Positions 46,471 through 56,154 of a DNA stretch of 64,000 nucleotides are shown piece by piece. The stretch lies in the sequence record KU726251.1. One strand, written 5' to 3'. The notes below the pieces were generated by a model, which saw only the letters and a program-made list of their open reading frames with translations, made no database searches and was not told the origin of the DNA. Positions within the stretch are counted from its first letter, which is position 1; each line of letters starts with the position of its first letter. A program made the translations under genes and the position numbers.

Positions 46471-49422
46471 TTCGGTATCGTGACGGTTGTACGACAGTAC
46501 GATGTCATCTTTCAAACCGATGTCGCCATTGGCTTCGATATCGAGCTTCTTACCAATCGTGGCACGTGCCGCTTCGGTAATGACAGTGAACAGTCGCAGG
46601 TCTTTATCTGGCCCCATGTCGTCGAGTTCAACACCGATAATGGCATCGTTAAGCGTGGTGCGTAGCGCATTACCAATCTCGGTTGCTGAAACGGTCAGAT
46701 GTGTTGACAGATAATCGTTAATGACTTGCGAAGTCCGTTTCCGGATTTGTGCCAGAAGCTCGCTGTTTGCGCGGTTCGCTGCCGTGAGGTAATATTTGAC
46801 AGTGAACTGGTTTTCAGCAGGCAGTGGTGACACAACCCCGTCTTCGGTACGTACGTCGATATAACCCATCGTGGTGATAGGAACAAAGAAGCCTTCAGTT
46901 TGCTCCAACAGCAGCGGTTTCAGATTAGGCAGTACCACCGTAACATAGTTGATGATGTTGTCAATTACGCTATCAAGGTACGTTTTAACCGCTTTCGAGG
47001 TTGCGAACTTATAACGGGCATCAAAGACAGCCATTTCACTACGGAACTTAATACTGCGCGGTTTCGCAATAATAGGCTGACCGTTCCCGTCGAAGATTTG
47101 CTCCCCAACGTGGTGTGCGATTTCTTGTTCACCGGTGACCGGGTCTATTTTCGGATCGCCTTTGCGATGCAGGTACGTGATTTGCAACGGTGGAACAGCA
47201 TCAGGGTCGTACGTATACTCAGGCGTTACACCATCTTCTTTGGTTTTAATAACATCCTTTTCCCAATACGCCAGAACGTCCTTCTGGTAGTATTCGTAGT
47301 TGATGCTGTCCGTTACTGCACGTGCTTTTCGCCAGTAATAGGACATGGCTTTACCCAGCTCGATTTTGAAAATCTCATGAGTAATCCCAATACCATCGCG
47401 CGCAGGCGGTACAATCATTGTATCCATTTCAGCGCGTTCGTAATTACCGGGGTAGTAACCCGTACAGCCGTAGAACACGTTATACTCGGTTAACAACGGT
47501 GCAGGTGTGTCCACATCCACTTCGGTGGTGATTCGGGTGTTGTTGATAATCAGCTCATCGTTACGGTCAACATCGAGATTGGTTTTCAACAAGAATTCCC
47601 ATACACGCTCCGAACCTTGACGACCCACTAAGGTGCCGTTGATGTACGCCAACTTACCGTCTGCGTTGCGTGGCGAGAAGGAAATCTGCGCAAAGACTTG
47701 GTCATCACTTAACGCCTGGTATGGCGGTTCTGACTTAGTCACAGTGCGCAGGATATAACCTTCGCTCGTTTTCTCAATCTGATAATCTGCAGTGACAACA
47801 CTCAGCTCCGTTGTCACGTTGGTGCTAACGAAACGTTTTGAGTTCAACTGCGGTTTATCGAGTTGGTAAATACGAACATCGCAAGATTTGTTGTTAATGT
47901 CCACCACGTAATGGAACGGTGTGAACAGGTAACGGTTAGTGTTACCCGCGTTAACCAAATCTTCTTTACGCATGGTCTTCGCAAGGATGGTCATCTCCGC
48001 ATCGATTTGCAGACTGGTATCCGTAAAGCGATACAGCGTGTCCGGCTCAATCGTCAAACGGTTGCCGTTAATACGGACCGTCGGCAGTTTCACCAGTTCA
48101 TCCCAGCTAAAGTACAGCGGGGCGGTGATGGTCCCGATAGGGGAACTCACTTTAGATAACGTGGACTCCGGCATCGGCGCAGTCAGGAAGTAAGTACGCC
48201 CAGTTACGTAATCGTTCGGCTTGGACAAGGTCAGGCCGTAATCCGATACTGTGGCTTCTAACTGTTTCTCTGTTACTGGCAGTTTGCGAATCCCCACTGC
48301 ATTGTTTACCACACGGTCACGCAACTCATCAAACGAAAGTTGTGTACGCCCCCCAGTGGCGTAACTGCCTTCTTCCGCAACCAACATTTTGATGGAGAAT
48401 GATTTCAACGGGTTGATGTATCCCGCATCGTATTCACCGTTCAAGTCGCGCAATGAGAAGGTGTACTCGTCCGCCGGAAATGCAGAAACGTCGAGGTCGA
48501 GTGGCCCGATGGTCGTATATACGTCCATGCGGATTTCACCACTTACCAGGTTCTTCGCCATGTAGATAGACGGTATCGTACAGCGAATGGACTGGTTAAC
48601 GACTTGAATCAGCGCCGTAGGTGTGTTTGGATCGTAAACGTCACGACTGTGCGTGTGATGGATTTCTGTCCAGGTGTTTGAATTGGACGGTTTATTCCAC
48701 ACCCGTGCGTAGAAGAACTTGTTGGTGAACGTGCGCGTCATCACAAACGTGTTCTGCCCCAACAACGTATCGTTCTCGTCCTTTACACTGTACTGCATCA
48801 CCGGAATACGGATAGCCAGTATCTGCGACGGTGTGCTGGGAACACTTGTCAGTTCCCAGTCCAACGCGTTAGTGGTTACGGGCGATATCGGTGACTGGGT
48901 TTCGGTAATCCACAAGACCTGGAAGGCTGGATTATCAACGGTACCATACGGCAGCACTCGAATTTCGATGGGATACTGAATGGCAAAGTTGTAACCTGAA
49001 ACAGTAAAGACGGTATCCCGCGGAATCACTACTTTACGAATACCTGCCACGTTTAACGGCATCGCCTTCGCTAATAGAGAGTCGACATCTAGAAGCAGCA
49101 GTAAGGTCGCTTGTGATGGCTGGGCAAAAACATCGACATAATCCACGTCAGACATGTGGCGGAACAGATCATCGTGAGTTTGTGCCATAGAGGGGAACAT
49201 TTTCGGAATGGTGTCCCGATCGCCCTGGATAATCGTGTGGCCCATCGTAATTCCGACTTCGGTCATGTAGACCACCGGGTCGGTCGGGTCACGTAGCAGG
49301 ATTTGCCCGTCGGCGTCCTGCACGTCTTGGAGCTGGTTCAGCATTAATGACTGCATTGCTGATGGGTTATGTGCCATCAGTAGCAAGTCTTTCGATAATG
49401 CGTCGTACGTTTTCGTAGTCAT
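46462..49422 (-). CDS. large virion protein, putative baseplate wedge (T4 gp6/baseplate J-like)
   Basis: GGRTQLSFDELRDRVV…LPVTEKQL resembles the gp6/J signature; 986 aa. Confidence 0.55.
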   Translation of the reverse strand: MTTKTYDALSKDLLLMAHNPSAMQSLMLNQLQDVQDADGQILLRDPTDPVVYMTEVGITMGHTIIQGDRDTIPKMFPSMAQTHDDLFRHMSDVDYVDVFAQPSQATLLLLLDVDSLLAKAMPLNVAGIRKVVIPRDTVFTVSGYNFAIQYPIEIRVLPYGTVDNPAFQVLWITETQSPISPVTTNALDWELTSVPSTPSQILAIRIPVMQYSVKDENDTLLGQNTFVMTRTFTNKFFYARVWNKPSNSNTWTEIHHTHSRDVYDPNTPTALIQVVNQSIRCTIPSIYMAKNLVSGEIRMDVYTTIGPLDLDVSAFPADEYTFSLRDLNGEYDAGYINPLKSFSIKMLVAEEGSYATGGRTQLSFDELRDRVVNNAVGIRKLPVTEKQLEATVSDYGLTLSKPNDYVTGRTYFLTAPMPESTLSKVSSPIGTITAPLYFSWDELVKLPTVRINGNRLTIEPDTLYRFTDTSLQIDAEMTILAKTMRKEDLVNAGNTNRYLFTPFHYVVDINNKSCDVRIYQLDKPQLNSKRFVSTNVTTELSVVTADYQIEKTSEGYILRTVTKSEPPYQALSDDQVFAQISFSPRNADGKLAYINGTLVGRQGSERVWEFLLKTNLDVDRNDELIINNTRITTEVDVDTPAPLLTEYNVFYGCTGYYPGNYERAEMDTMIVPPARDGIGITHEIFKIELGKAMSYYWRKARAVTDSINYEYYQKDVLAYWEKDVIKTKEDGVTPEYTYDPDAVPPLQITYLHRKGDPKIDPVTGEQEIAHHVGEQIFDGNGQPIIAKPRSIKFRSEMAVFDARYKFATSKAVKTYLDSVIDNIINYVTVVLPNLKPLLLEQTEGFFVPITTMGYIDVRTEDGVVSPLPAENQFTVKYYLTAANRANSELLAQIRKRTSQVINDYLSTHLTVSATEIGNALRTTLNDAIIGVELDDMGPDKDLRLFTVITEAARATIGKKLDIEANGDIGLKDDIVLSYNRHDTEKE

Positions 49423-50684
49423 TACAGTAAGCCCGCTCGTTTAAGGATGAATTGGTAATCTGCCTGATAAACATACCAGGTCAGTTTACGACGCAGGGAG
49501 TCGATGTGCGGATAGCCGTAGTAGTTGAACAGCGGTAGTAGCTGTGGTGCAATCGGCACAAGCTGGTCTTCAGCAATCGGGATAAAGTTGCCCGCTGCAA
49601 CGCTCCCTGGTTGCGGCATCATATCCGGGTTAAACATAGACACCGTCAAGTTGAACATCTCCATGTACAATGGGTCATCGAAGCGCGCCCCGATGCATTG
49701 CCAGTTGAGGTTAATTGTGGTGTCGTCATTTAATTGAGGCTTGGTGTTATCGACATTCGCCATTTGACCGGCGTTATCGTTCATTGGCCAACAAACACAC
49801 GCTGTCCAGAAACGAGTGATGTTTCCGAGCGCGTCGTATTTAAACCCGTACATCCTCGACTGGTAGTCAATGCGACGCTGGATGGAATTACGCATCTTCG
49901 GTTTGAACTTACCCATCTTAATGCCGGACATATATTCCAGCCACACGCCCATCATTCGCATGATAGGGTTGCCGTATGGGTTGTTCAGCGACATTGACAT
50001 GCTGTACTGGTTATTGATTTCATGTGTGGAGTCAACCATACCCCACTGTTCGCGCATTAAACCTTCTTCAGACATCCAGTTATCGACAGACTGGTCAGGC
50101 ATCCCCGAGAGGCTCAGCATCTGCGTACTCAGCAATGGTATGAATGCCTGAAGATTGTCAAACATAATGTCCTTCATGAATGGCGTGCCCAAACGGTTCT
50201 TTCTTCGCCCATCTTCCATCGGTGAATCAGAGAACCCCAATTCAAAATCTGGGTCTAACGCTGCCAGAATGGAATAGTCGAGTGACGATTTCGGCTGAGA
50301 AGCCATGTTCGACATCTTGCGCGAGTTGGCAATGTTGTCAAAGCACAAGTTGAAGTCAGGGCGGGTAATGAAGGTTAGGCCACCGTACTCACGGTTAACA
50401 GGCGTCGGGTTCGACGCCATCATATGGTTGAACCCCATGTAGGGGTTGGTCACACGCTGCGCAGCCAGACCCAAACCTAACGTAAGACGGATACGGTCAT
50501 TCCAACCCGATAACTCATCATTAACGTTGTACGCCGTGGTGGGTTTCGCATCGGACAGTCGACGGTCAAAGTAGTCGGCGACCGATGGTACTGCATCGAT
50601 ATTATTCGGGTTTTGATACGAATTGTCGTAGTCGGTATTCGGGTCATACCCCGGATCGTTCTTATCGGTCTCGTTACTCATCAT
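49422..50684 (-). CDS. virion protein, putative tail-tube-like fold (T4 gp19/48/54-like)
   Basis: Beta-rich SMSMSL…MMGVWLEYM…DYQSRMY…CWPM pattern; TAATG coupling to 46462 gene. Confidence 0.5.
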   Translation of the reverse strand: MMSNETDKNDPGYDPNTDYDNSYQNPNNIDAVPSVADYFDRRLSDAKPTTAYNVNDELSGWNDRIRLTLGLGLAAQRVTNPYMGFNHMMASNPTPVNREYGGLTFITRPDFNLCFDNIANSRKMSNMASQPKSSLDYSILAALDPDFELGFSDSPMEDGRRKNRLGTPFMKDIMFDNLQAFIPLLSTQMLSLSGMPDQSVDNWMSEEGLMREQWGMVDSTHEINNQYSMSMSLNNPYGNPIMRMMGVWLEYMSGIKMGKFKPKMRNSIQRRIDYQSRMYGFKYDALGNITRFWTACVCWPMNDNAGQMANVDNTKPQLNDDTTINLNWQCIGARFDDPLYMEMFNLTVSMFNPDMMPQPGSVAAGNFIPIAEDQLVPIAPQLLPLFNYYGYPHIDSLRRKLTWYVYQADYQFILKRAGLL

Positions 50685-50706
50685 TAACTCCGGAGTTTAG
50701 TTAAAA

Positions 50707-51825
50707 ATGGCAGAAAAAACATTTGAGACATCGCTCGTCTCCTTTCTTTCTAAGTTTCCCATGCTGCTTCGCCAGCGGGCGGAATCGACGGAAGAATTCA
50801 ACTCTGTGCTGTACAACGAGCACACCACGCTGGTTGAACAAAGTCTGTTGGGCTTAGATTACCTGCCAGGTATTCTGGAGAAAATCCAAATCCTGCTCGC
50901 GGGCAACCAACTTACCGCCATCTCAATTCTGGTAGGTGTTCCTGAGGTTGATATCCTTGGTACGCTTGACCAGGTTAGCACCCGTCGTAATGCCCTCGAC
51001 GCGGCTGCACGTTCGGGTTCTCGCTTAGCGTCTTTCGCAATCGGCGAGTCCTCCCGTCACGCGCTGCCGTCATACGATAAAATCGGGCTTGCGGTCGGTG
51101 AATCCCGTCGCCAGAAATCCGATAACAAAGTAGCGACTGAATCGTCCGCAGGTTCTGTGCTGCCGAACAACACGCTGAAGCTCCTGCATGATCAAGAAGG
51201 TCTGTCCAACGGTAAAGTGTTCTCTGTTACCTTCGAACGTGACGGTAATAAAGTCGAGCTGCCGATGCGTCTGCGTCTTGATGTGAAGTCTCTGCCGACC
51301 GACGAAATGAAAACGCTCATCGCGTTCAGCGATCAAACCAAAACCTTCTGGGAACGTGTGCTGCGCGCGAAGGTCGGTTCTCTCAGCTACGCGAAAGATA
51401 TCGCGCTGTGTAATGACCTTATCGAAGAATACCGTAAGAACCGCTTCCGTGATAAGTCCGGTTATTACCGCAAGATGATGGAGAAGAAAAACGCCAACTG
51501 GCTGTCTGGCCTGCTGACACTGAGCCCATCCATCAACAACGCGTCTTCGGTTATGGTGGTTTCTCAAGAAACTATCGACGATCTGACTGCTCAGCTGGGC
51601 GGTGACTTCGATGATTACAATATCCGCCAGCGTGTGTTCAAAGACACCCTGACTGTTTACTACGTGGTTGTCGACCAGACCTGGAACCGTGTAACCATTT
51701 ATACGCGTGGTCAGACCGGGTCTCAAGAACTCGACAAATCAGACTTTAGCAAGGCGAAGTCCGGTAGCGGCGATGTAAACAAAATCATCGATGCCTATCG
51801 CGTCGGCGCGAATCCGGTACTGTAA
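50707..51825 (+). CDS. putative head protein
   Basis: AIGES, AVGES and ATES candidate maturation sites. Confidence 0.7.
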   Translation: MAEKTFETSLVSFLSKFPMLLRQRAESTEEFNSVLYNEHTTLVEQSLLGLDYLPGILEKIQILLAGNQLTAISILVGVPEVDILGTLDQVSTRRNALDAAARSGSRLASFAIGESSRHALPSYDKIGLAVGESRRQKSDNKVATESSAGSVLPNNTLKLLHDQEGLSNGKVFSVTFERDGNKVELPMRLRLDVKSLPTDEMKTLIAFSDQTKTFWERVLRAKVGSLSYAKDIALCNDLIEEYRKNRFRDKSGYYRKMMEKKNANWLSGLLTLSPSINNASSVMVVSQETIDDLTAQLGGDFDDYNIRQRVFKDTLTVYYVVVDQTWNRVTIYTRGQTGSQELDKSDFSKAKSGSGDVNKIIDAYRVGANPVL

Positions 51826-51835
51826 GGGGAAAAGA

Positions 51836-52768
51836 ATGCCGATTCCGAATATGTTGGCGATGTTGCTGCCGAGCTTCGAAGCCACGAACTTAAAAAACCA
51901 ACTGTCATCTAACTGCGACTCGATTGCTGCGTTAGAGCCACAGTTCCAGAACCTCCAGGAACTGGTGGGAAGTGTCCAGGGCAAGCCATTTAAAGCGAAG
52001 CCTGTTGCAGACCTTTCTACTGAAATCGTTAAGTACCTGCATAGCTCCGGTTTGGAAGTTAAAGGGTTACGTAACGCAAGTATGCTGGAGTACGTCATCG
52101 CGTCTATGCAGAACGTACAGGCGCTGCGACCTTTCCTGGAGCAGTGTATCGACCGCGACATCGGGAAAACGTTGGTGACGTCATCTCTAACGTTCAACAA
52201 ACAAACCGTGTTGCAGTTGCTGGATATGATCGAATTCTTCGTCGGTTACGCTAGCACCCTGATTAACTACATCACGGCCGAAGAGATTGCCGCTGTACAA
52301 GACTCGAACATTGCAGTGAAGGGAATCGGTCCGAAAGACCTTCAGTATCTGCAAACTCGTAAGACGTCTTTCTGTATTGCGGTGCGCGTCCTGGCAACCC
52401 CCATTACCAAACTGAAAGCAGACTACGCTGAGATACCTGAAGCGGTGTTTGACGAAGAGACATATAGCCAATTGGTTCAGCAGTTCGGTTCGAACACCAC
52501 TGACCCGCTGGGTATGTCCTCCGTCCCGTTCCCGCTGTCGATCGTCTACCGCGTGCGTCTGAATATTGCAGAATGGCAAATGGATCGTTATGACGAGTGC
52601 GTGGAAGCCGCGAAAGCGACTGAACTGCGTATTCTGTTGTACAAGAAACAACTGGCTGCCGGTGAAGGGGACGTGCACATTGAGAAACTCATCGAAGCGC
52701 ACGAAAAGCGCTTGATGGAACTCAAGTACAAACGTGAACGTCTGGAGAAAAAATACGGTCTGGTTTAA
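51836..52768 (+). CDS. putative head protein
   Basis: Start moved to ATG 51836 (AAGGGG RBS); within head-protein operon. Confidence 0.7.
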   Translation: MPIPNMLAMLLPSFEATNLKNQLSSNCDSIAALEPQFQNLQELVGSVQGKPFKAKPVADLSTEIVKYLHSSGLEVKGLRNASMLEYVIASMQNVQALRPFLEQCIDRDIGKTLVTSSLTFNKQTVLQLLDMIEFFVGYASTLINYITAEEIAAVQDSNIAVKGIGPKDLQYLQTRKTSFCIAVRVLATPITKLKADYAEIPEAVFDEETYSQLVQQFGSNTTDPLGMSSVPFPLSIVYRVRLNIAEWQMDRYDECVEAAKATELRILLYKKQLAAGEGDVHIEKLIEAHEKRLMELKYKRERLEKKYGLV

Positions 52769-52791
52769 GGCCGTATTATCAGGAGAGTCTC

Positions 52792-53348
52792 ATGTTTGAC
52801 AATGACCAGAATTTTAACCTCGCCGAGAAGTTGATTAAAAACTACATGGCGAAACTGACCCAAAACCCCGTGCTGGTTCATGACGACGAACTGATACATG
52901 AAACCCTGGAAGCTGCAGCCGTCGTGCTGCCGTATTTCCGCATGATGGGCGCTGACTCTGTCCAACAAGTATTATATGACGAATATCCGCAGGTCGGTTT
53001 TACGTTTAATACGTTCTATAACGAAACTGCATCGTTCATACTTGACGGTAAACGCCGTACAGTGTCAACAGGACAGTGGTCCGTTCTTCTGGTATCGTAC
53101 ATGAACGATATCCACTCTACCAAGCAAGTAGAGCGAACCGGTTCCCTGGCTCACGACTTCTTGCTGCGGCTTACGGCCGTAGTGGGCAAGTTCGCCAAAT
53201 GGGAACTGCGCATCAGACGTACACGCCTGACCGGCGTCTATTATCTTATGCAGACCACGAACTGCTGGCACGTTGGTTGACACGTCCGAACGGGTTATCC
53301 GATATGATCTCGTCGTTAGCAGTGTTTTTAAAAATCGCACGTCCCTAA
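52792..53348 (+). CDS. putative head protein, apparent 1-nt deletion near 53150-53230 (about 185 aa restored)
   Basis: AGGAG RBS; -1 frame gives YADHELLARWLTRPNGLSDMISSLAVFLKIARP*. Confidence 0.55.
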
Positions 53349-53403
53349 GGGGCCCCTTATCTAGGGGCGTGTAATTGGGTTATAACCAAAGGAACCGAAA
53401 CAA

Positions 53404-54681
53404 ATGGCAAACTTTGTAAAAAGTAAACTCGCCCGCGAGTCCGTTGAAGCTACCGGCGACGTAATCGACGGTCTGAGCAACGTTGAACCGGCAGAAGAGA
53501 ACATCGACGTTCAGCTGGCAGAAGTTGCGTCTATCGACGGTCAGCTGGAACAGCTCGATGGTGACCAGGAAACTCTGGCTGCTGATACCGAGCGTACCGA
53601 AGCTGCTATCGACGCTGCTGACGAAAAAATCGAAAACGGTGAAGAGATGCCTGAAGAAGCCATCGCTCACACCGAGGTGGCGCAGGAATCTATCCGTAAG
53701 CGTTGGGCTATCGATCGTACCAAACTGGCGCGCGAATCTTATCGCCGTGGCCGTGGCATGACCAAAGCAGCTCAGGAAGGCTGGAAAGAAACCCTGAAAG
53801 ATCTGTTCGAACGCTTCGTTGAACTGTGTAAAGCAGTTATCGCGAAAGCGAAAGAGCTGAAACTGAAGTACATCAACGTTGGTAAGTCCGCGCAGAAACG
53901 TGCGAAAGCTTACCAGGAGATGCTGCGTAAGCTCGGCAAACAGAAGAAAGAAAACATTTCTGGTGGCTTTATTAGCAAACTGTCTATCGAAGGTGAATTC
54001 GATGTGGCCAACTCTATCGCTATCGCGAAAGAGCTGACCGGCGGTAAAGCGAAAGATGCTATCAACAAGCTGTCCTCTCAGGCGGCTGACTCTGCTGTAG
54101 CGATCACCAAAACTTCAGACGGTACCGCAACCGCTGCTAAAGGCGCTGTTGACGTTGCCCTGTTTGGTACCGCTGCGAAGAAACTGCGCGCACTGCCGCA
54201 ATTCGAAGACGGCGAAGGCGGTCAGAAAGTTCTGGCACTGCCAGGCAACGCCTATGTACAGACCGGCACCAAAACTCTGGCAGGCGGTCAGGAATTCACC
54301 GCAGTGGCCTTCCTGTCGACGGGTGACGTTTCTGAAACGAAAGAAATCGCTACTCCGGCTATTTCTGCACTGGCATCTGCTGCGTCTGCCCTGGACGTTA
54401 TCGGTAAAGGCTTCGAGAAAGTCCTGCAAGACTTCCGCAGCTACGACGCTGACGTTGAGAAACTGGAAGAGGCTGCTGCCAAAGCTGCTGCCGCTCTGAA
54501 AAAATCCAACGACGAAGGCGAGTGGGAAGCGCTGCGTAATGCACGCACTGCAGCTGACCAGGCTGTGCGTAACTACCAGACTCTGAACCGTGCTGTGGCT
54601 CACGTTGGTAACACTGTTATCAGCGGCCTGAACGGCTACATCGGCGCTGGTATTGGCGCGTACGAAAAGTCTAAAGCTTAA
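53404..54681 (+). CDS. abundant internal head protein, paralog 1 (SPN3US gp53/phiKZ gp93 family-like)
   Basis: Acidic propeptide with ARES/AQES/AQE sites; strong codon bias; paralog of next gene. Confidence 0.8.
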   Translation: MANFVKSKLARESVEATGDVIDGLSNVEPAEENIDVQLAEVASIDGQLEQLDGDQETLAADTERTEAAIDAADEKIENGEEMPEEAIAHTEVAQESIRKRWAIDRTKLARESYRRGRGMTKAAQEGWKETLKDLFERFVELCKAVIAKAKELKLKYINVGKSAQKRAKAYQEMLRKLGKQKKENISGGFISKLSIEGEFDVANSIAIAKELTGGKAKDAINKLSSQAADSAVAITKTSDGTATAAKGAVDVALFGTAAKKLRALPQFEDGEGGQKVLALPGNAYVQTGTKTLAGGQEFTAVAFLSTGDVSETKEIATPAISALASAASALDVIGKGFEKVLQDFRSYDADVEKLEEAAAKAAAALKKSNDEGEWEALRNARTAADQAVRNYQTLNRAVAHVGNTVISGLNGYIGAGIGAYEKSKA

Positions 54682-54758
54682 TCCGCTTTACGTACTGAAC
54701 GTCAGTTGACAAATCATTAATGGCGGTACACGGCGTACCGCCTAGAGGATAGAAAAAG

Positions 54759-56018
54759 ATGGCTAACTTTGTAAAAAGTAAACTCGCTCGTGAATCTGTC
54801 GAAGGCGCAGGCACTGTCGTTCCAGATGGCATCGAGCTGCCGGCTGAGTCCGTGGAAGGTACTCTGGCTGACATCGAGCATGACACCAAACCGATCGACC
54901 AGCTGGACGCAGAAGCAGACGTGCTGGCAGAAGACGGTGACGAAACTGATGCACAGCTGGATGCAGTTGATGCTGCTGAAGCCGCCGCTGACGGCGAAGG
55001 CGAAGATGGCGAAGAGCCAATGGAAGTGGAAGAAGATATGCCTGACGAAGCTGCTGAGCAGCTGGACGTTGCGCAGGAATCTATCCGTAAGCGTTGGGCA
55101 TTCGATCACCGCGTAAGCGTTGCGCAGGAATCTTACGGCGCACGTAAACGCCGTCAGGTTGCTCGTGAATCACTGTGGGACGACATCAAAGCGTTCCTGC
55201 AGCGTATCTTCGACTGGCTGAAAGAACAAGGCCGTAAAATCAAAGATCGCTGGCTCAAGTTCAGCAACCAGGGTAAATCCATTCAGGCGCGCGCTAAGAA
55301 ATATGACGCGGCTCTGCGTGGCCTGGGCAAGCAGAAGAAAGACACCGTTAGCGGTGGGTTCATTAAGAACCTGACCACCGGTGGTAAGTTTGTTGGTGAC
55401 GACATCAACGTCCTGAAAGGTGTTCTGTCTACTATCGGCAGCATCTACGGCGAGCAGGATGCAGTGGTCAAAGATGCAACCCGCATGGTCAGCTCAGTTG
55501 AAGGCGGCAAACTGAACAGCGGCTTCGCAGCAGCGGTTAACAAAGCCACTGCAGGCAAAGCGGGCGAAGTTCAACTGCTGGGTAACCAGATCGGTAAAGC
55601 TGACGTGAAAGTGAACGGGGATGACCTGGAAGCTTCCTTCACCGTTATCGATGCTGAAGGCAGCGTAGAAAAATCTGTTTCTACTCCGTCTGCTCAGACG
55701 CTGTCTTCTCTGGTTGCGTTCTTCAACCAGCTGGGTAAAGCAGTCGAAGAGAACGTGAAAGCGTACCACAAAAATAACCAGGCTCAAGAATCGTACGAGC
55801 GGGCTATTGAGGCGCTGCTGAAACGTATCGACGGCGTGAAGATCGACGACAACGCTGAACTGACTTCCAACGTCCGTGTTGCACGTCGTGCAATCACCGT
55901 TGCGAACCAGTACATCTCCTGGACCGAACGTTGCGTTGCAACTGGCCAGAAAAACCTGATCGCCGGCGTTAACGGCTACATCAGCGCCGGTATCGGTGCG
56001 TACGAAAAGTCTAAGTAA
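54759..56018 (+). CDS. abundant internal head protein, paralog 2
   Basis: Same MANFVKSKLARESVE start and GYI.AGIGAYEKSK end. Confidence 0.8.
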   Translation: MANFVKSKLARESVEGAGTVVPDGIELPAESVEGTLADIEHDTKPIDQLDAEADVLAEDGDETDAQLDAVDAAEAAADGEGEDGEEPMEVEEDMPDEAAEQLDVAQESIRKRWAFDHRVSVAQESYGARKRRQVARESLWDDIKAFLQRIFDWLKEQGRKIKDRWLKFSNQGKSIQARAKKYDAALRGLGKQKKDTVSGGFIKNLTTGGKFVGDDINVLKGVLSTIGSIYGEQDAVVKDATRMVSSVEGGKLNSGFAAAVNKATAGKAGEVQLLGNQIGKADVKVNGDDLEASFTVIDAEGSVEKSVSTPSAQTLSSLVAFFNQLGKAVEENVKAYHKNNQAQESYERAIEALLKRIDGVKIDDNAELTSNVRVARRAITVANQYISWTERCVATGQKNLIAGVNGYISAGIGAYEKSK

Positions 56019-56029
56019 TTAGACTGGCG

Positions 56030-56069
56030 AATCCCCCACTTCGGTGGGGGATTTACCCTTTCTTTTTTT
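56030..56069 (+). terminator. intrinsic terminator
   Basis: AATCCCCCAC-TTCG-GTGGGGGATT + T run. Confidence 0.85.
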
Positions 56070-56090
56070 GTCTCAGATTAGAAAAGATTT

Positions 56091-56113
56091 CAGATATATA
56101 TTACCTAGGTGAG
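56091..56113 (+). promoter_or_regulatory. early promoter motif
   Basis: CAGATATATATTACCTAGGTGAG, 21/23 identical to 4230-4252, contains TATATTAC. Confidence 0.7.
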
Positions 56114-56154
56114 ATTGCATTGGTAATCTTTTAACCGACTATCACTTAAGGAAT

